A stretch of 64,000 bases of DNA, taken from positions 6,027 through 70,026 of the forward strand of contig JANNSG010000085.1 of the NCBI GenBank assembly GCA_031402355.1, read 5' to 3'. The notes below the pieces were generated by a model. That model did no database searches. It was given only the letters and a program-made list of their open reading frames with translations, and was not told the origin of the DNA. Below are positions 60,703 through 64,000 of the stretch, one piece after another (position 1 is the first letter of the stretch; the number at the start of each line of letters is the position of its first letter). Both the position numbers and the translations under genes were made by a program. This DNA is from Pseudorhodobacter sp. (GTDB lineage: Bacteria > Pseudomonadota > Alphaproteobacteria > Rhodobacterales > Rhodobacteraceae).

Positions 60703-61872
60703 ATGATGACTGATCCACTTTCCTGGGGCGCTATTTTTCTGGCAATGGCGGTGCGCTTCACTCCGGTCTGGATAGCGCTTGTCGTGACCTTCGCGCTGTC
60801 CATCACCTTCAAGCGACGGCTGGCCCTTTATGGCAAGCTGTTTGACAGCCCGGTTGGCATGATCGGGTTCGCCATCGTGATGTTCTGGGTGTTTACTGCC
60901 TTTTTCGCCGACATGATCATCACCCATGATCCGCTCGGCCAGCTTTCGGGGCTCAAGAACGCGGTCCCCGGCTCACCTTTGAAAAACCCTGAAGATGCCA
61001 GCTATCTCTACTACCTGCTGGGCGGCGATCATCTGGCACGCGACGTGTTCTCACGCATGGTGATGGGTGCGCGCCGGGTGCTGACCATTGCGCCCGCAGC
61101 CACATTGTTTGCCTTTATGGTCGGCATTTCACTGGGCCTGCCCGCCGGCTATTTCGGCGGCAAGTTCGACACGATCCTGTCCTTCGTGGCAAACCTTGTG
61201 CTGGCTTTCCCGGTGATCTTGCTGTTCTACCTGCTGGTCACACCGGAAATTCGTGACACAGGGATCCCGATCTATCTGGCCGCCGTGCTGTTCTTGTTCC
61301 CGATCCTGTTTCTTTGCGTGCTGTGGAACTCGCGGTATTTCACCAACAAACCCCGACGCAACCTTTATGTCGGCATTACCCTTGTGATCGGCCTCTGGGC
61401 CTATTCCGGCCTCGCCTTCAACCTGGACCCGCTCGGTGTCTGGTCGATGGAGCCGAACCTGCTGAACGTCTTAGTCTCGGTGGTCTTCGTCAATGCGCCG
61501 ACCGTGTTTCGCATCGTGCGTGGCATCGTGCTGGACCTCAAGGCGCGCGACTATGTGGCGGCGGGTCAGACCCGCGGCGAAGGCCCCTGGTACATCATGC
61601 TTTGGGAAATACTGCCCAACGCGCGGGGGCCACTGATTGTCGATTTCTGCCTGCGCATCGGCTATACCACGATCCTTTTGGGGACATTGGGTTTCTTTGG
61701 CCTTGGTGTCTCGCCTGAATCGCCCGACTGGGGGTCTACCATCGACGACGGGCGCAAGCTTCTGTCGATTTTCCCGCACCCTGCCCTTGCCCCGGCCCTT
61801 GCCTTGATGAGTTTGGTTCTGGGGCTCAATCTGCTGGCCGACGGTCTGCGCGAAGAAAGCATGAAAGACTGA
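60703..61872 (+). CDS. ABC transporter permease (DppC/OppC-like), extended (389 aa)
   Basis: EAA-loop region YVAAGQTRGEGPWYIMLWEILPN. Carries extra N-terminal and internal hydrophobic segments compared with typical homologues of about 300 aa. Confidence 0.8.
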   Translation: MMTDPLSWGAIFLAMAVRFTPVWIALVVTFALSITFKRRLALYGKLFDSPVGMIGFAIVMFWVFTAFFADMIITHDPLGQLSGLKNAVPGSPLKNPEDASYLYYLLGGDHLARDVFSRMVMGARRVLTIAPAATLFAFMVGISLGLPAGYFGGKFDTILSFVANLVLAFPVILLFYLLVTPEIRDTGIPIYLAAVLFLFPILFLCVLWNSRYFTNKPRRNLYVGITLVIGLWAYSGLAFNLDPLGVWSMEPNLLNVLVSVVFVNAPTVFRIVRGIVLDLKARDYVAAGQTRGEGPWYIMLWEILPNARGPLIVDFCLRIGYTTILLGTLGFFGLGVSPESPDWGSTIDDGRKLLSIFPHPALAPALALMSLVLGLNLLADGLREESMKD

Positions 61873-61887
61873 AAGACCGACTTGGGC

Positions 61888-61940
61888 TTTCATTTTGGCA
61901 AAAATATCCCACGGGGGTCCGGGGGTGTGAAACACCCGGT
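61888..61940 (+). repeat. REP-like repeat, copy B (permease-ATPase spacer)
   Basis: TTTCATTTTGGCAAAAATATCCCACGGGGGTCCGGGGG plus the GGGTG-tgaaa-CACCC hairpin. Confidence 0.7.
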
Positions 61941-61965
61941 CCCGCAGCGTCCACCTAGAGAGGCA

Positions 61966-64000
61966 GATGATCATGAACACGACATCAGACTGGGATCCGT
62001 CCAAGCCCATCCTTGAGATTGAAAATCTTTCTATCTCGTTCTTCACCCGTCTGCGGGAAATTCCGGCGGTGATGGATTTTTCCTGCGCCGTGATGCAGGG
62101 CGAATCCATGGGGCTGGTCGGCGAATCTGGCTGTGGAAAATCAACCGTGGCATTGGCGGTGATGCGTGATCTGGGCAAGAACGGCCGCATCGTCGGTGGA
62201 ACCATCAAGTTCAAGGGCCGCGATCTGACCCATATGTCCGAAGAAGACCTGCGCCATATTCGCGGGTCCGAAATCGCGATGATCTACCAGGAACCGATGG
62301 CGTCGCTGAACCCGGCGATGAAGATCGGCGCGCAACTGGCCGAAGTGCCGATGATCCATCAAGGCATGTCCAAAGATGAAGCCTGGGCGCTGGCCCGCCA
62401 GATCGTGGCCGACGTGCGTCTGCCCGACCCCGACCGCATCATCAACGCCTATCCGCATCAGTTGTCGGGCGGCCAGCAACAACGCATCGTCATTGCCATG
62501 GCGCTGATGTCGAAACCGGCCCTGCTGATCCTTGATGAACCCACCACAGCGCTTGACGTGACGGTTGAAGCGGGCATCGTCGATCTGGTCAAGGCACTGG
62601 GTGAGAAATACGGCACCTCGATGCTGTTCATCAGCCATAACCTGGGGCTGATCCTTGATACCTGCGACCGGCTTTGCGTGATGTATTCGGGTGAAGCGGT
62701 GGAAACCGGCAATGTCGCCGAAGTGTTCGAGGACATGCGCCACCCCTATACTCAGGCGCTGTTCCGCTCGATCCCACTGCCAGGGGCGGACAAGAATTCA
62801 CGCCCGCTGGTGGCCATACCGGGCAACTTCCCGCTGCCGCATGAACGCCCCAATGGCTGTAATTTCGGCCCGCGCTGCGACTATTTCGAGGCCGGTCGCT
62901 GCGATGCGCGCGATATTGCGATGTCACCGGTTCCGCAGGGTGACAGGCATGGCAGCCGTTGCGTGAAGTGGTCCGAGATTGACTGGAACGCGCCTTTCAA
63001 AGCGAAGGCCGCCAAGCCAAAGACGCCGATCGGCAAGGTTGTCCTGAAAATGGAAGACCTGCGCAAATATTACGCTGTGTCCAGCGGCGCGTTCGGCGGG
63101 GGTGCCAAGAAAGTCGTCAAGGCCAATGAGACCCTGTCGTTTGAGGCCCATGAAGGCGAAACGCTTGCCATCGTCGGCGAGTCCGGCTGCGGCAAGTCGA
63201 CCTTTGCCAAGGTCTTGATGGGGTTGGAGACCGCGACATCCGGCTCCATCATGCTGTTTGACGAAAACGTGCAGTCAACCCCGATCCAGAAACGCAACAC
63301 CGACATGGTGTCTTCGGTACAGATGGTGTTCCAGAACCCCTTTGACACCCTGAACCCGTCGATGAACGTCGGCCGCCAGATCATCCGTGCACTTGAGATC
63401 TTCAATTATGGCAAATCCGATGCCGACCGTGAGGCCCGGATGCTGGATCTGCTGGATCTGGTGAAATTGCCGCGCGCCTTTGCCGACCGCATGCCGCGCC
63501 AACTGTCTGGCGGCCAGAAACAGCGCGTCGGGATCGCCCGCGCCTTTGCCGGTGGTGCCAAGGTCGTGGTCGCCGACGAACCCGTCTCCGCGCTTGATGT
63601 GTCGGTTCAGGCCGCCGTCACCGATCTGTTGATGGACATTCAGCGTGAAAACAAGACGACGCTGCTGTTCATCAGCCATGATTTGTCGATCGTGCGCTAT
63701 CTCAGCGACCGGGTGATGGTGATGTATCTGGGCCATGTGGTGGAAATGGGCACAACCGATCAGGTGTTCAGCCCGCCCTATCACCCCTATACCGAGGCGC
63801 TGCTTTCAGCGGTGCCGATCGCCGATACCAAGGTTGTTCGCAAGCGCATCGTGCTGGACGGCGACATTCCGTCAGCAATGAACCCGCCGCCGGGTTGCCC
63901 GTTCCAGACCCGCTGCCGGTGGAAGACCCAGGTGCCCGGTGGCATCTGCGACACCGAAATGCCACCGGTCAGGGTCTTGAAAGGCAATCATCAGATCAAA
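61966..64000 (+). CDS. Fused double ABC transporter ATP-binding protein (DppD-DppF type), 3' end outside the window
   Basis: Hand-translated open frame, absent from the track because it has no stop. MIMNTTSDWDPSKPILEIENLSISF. Two Walker A motifs (GESGCGKST near 62120 and 63180), two LSGGQ signatures and Cys-rich oligopeptide C-terminal segments. Confidence 0.85.

Overview
High-GC alphaproteobacterial (Rhodobacteraceae-like) chromosomal core segment, densely coded with about 60 protein genes. I found no rRNA, tRNA, CRISPR array, transposase, integrase or phage genes. Content, left to right: FAD monooxygenase, dksA, a MoxR AAA+ ATPase and its VWA partner separated by three inserted genes, an M48 peptidase, a PIN-domain gene coupled to an RlmI-like rRNA methyltransferase, edd and eda, glnE, bpt, phoX, ilvBN, ccmFH, an Lrp-arginase-ornithine cyclodeaminase module, gyrA, trmFO, gluQ, hisI, an IscU-like gene, recG-ligA, ctrA-sciP and mnmA. 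A long envelope and isoprenoid cluster follows on the minus strand (pyrH-frr-uppS-cdsA-dxr-rseP-bamA-skp-fabZ-lpxA-lpxI-lpxB). The window ends with miaA and an AraC-linked family-5 ABC transporter whose fused ATPase runs off the right edge. Most of this is ordinary housekeeping DNA, and I could not support any multi-gene defence or mobile system. The unexplained signals are small-scale. (1) A perfect alphaproteobacterial SOS box (GTTC-N7-GTTC) lies in a roughly 22% GC tract in front of an unlisted 40-aa hydrophobic peptide gene with its own SD and terminator. (2) A Val/Ile/Leu leader-peptide attenuator precedes ilvB. (3) A roughly 30-nt REP/MITE-like repeat family (TTTCATTTTGGCAAAAATATCC plus a GC hairpin) occurs at least seven times, mostly inside operons. 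(4) A perfect 14-bp LacI-type palindrome precedes edd. There are also several gene-level oddities: a Zn-finger-less DksA, an orphan PIN, an IscU-like protein lacking its third Cys, and no lpxD in the lpx cluster. All homology calls come from my own motif recognition, not database searches.
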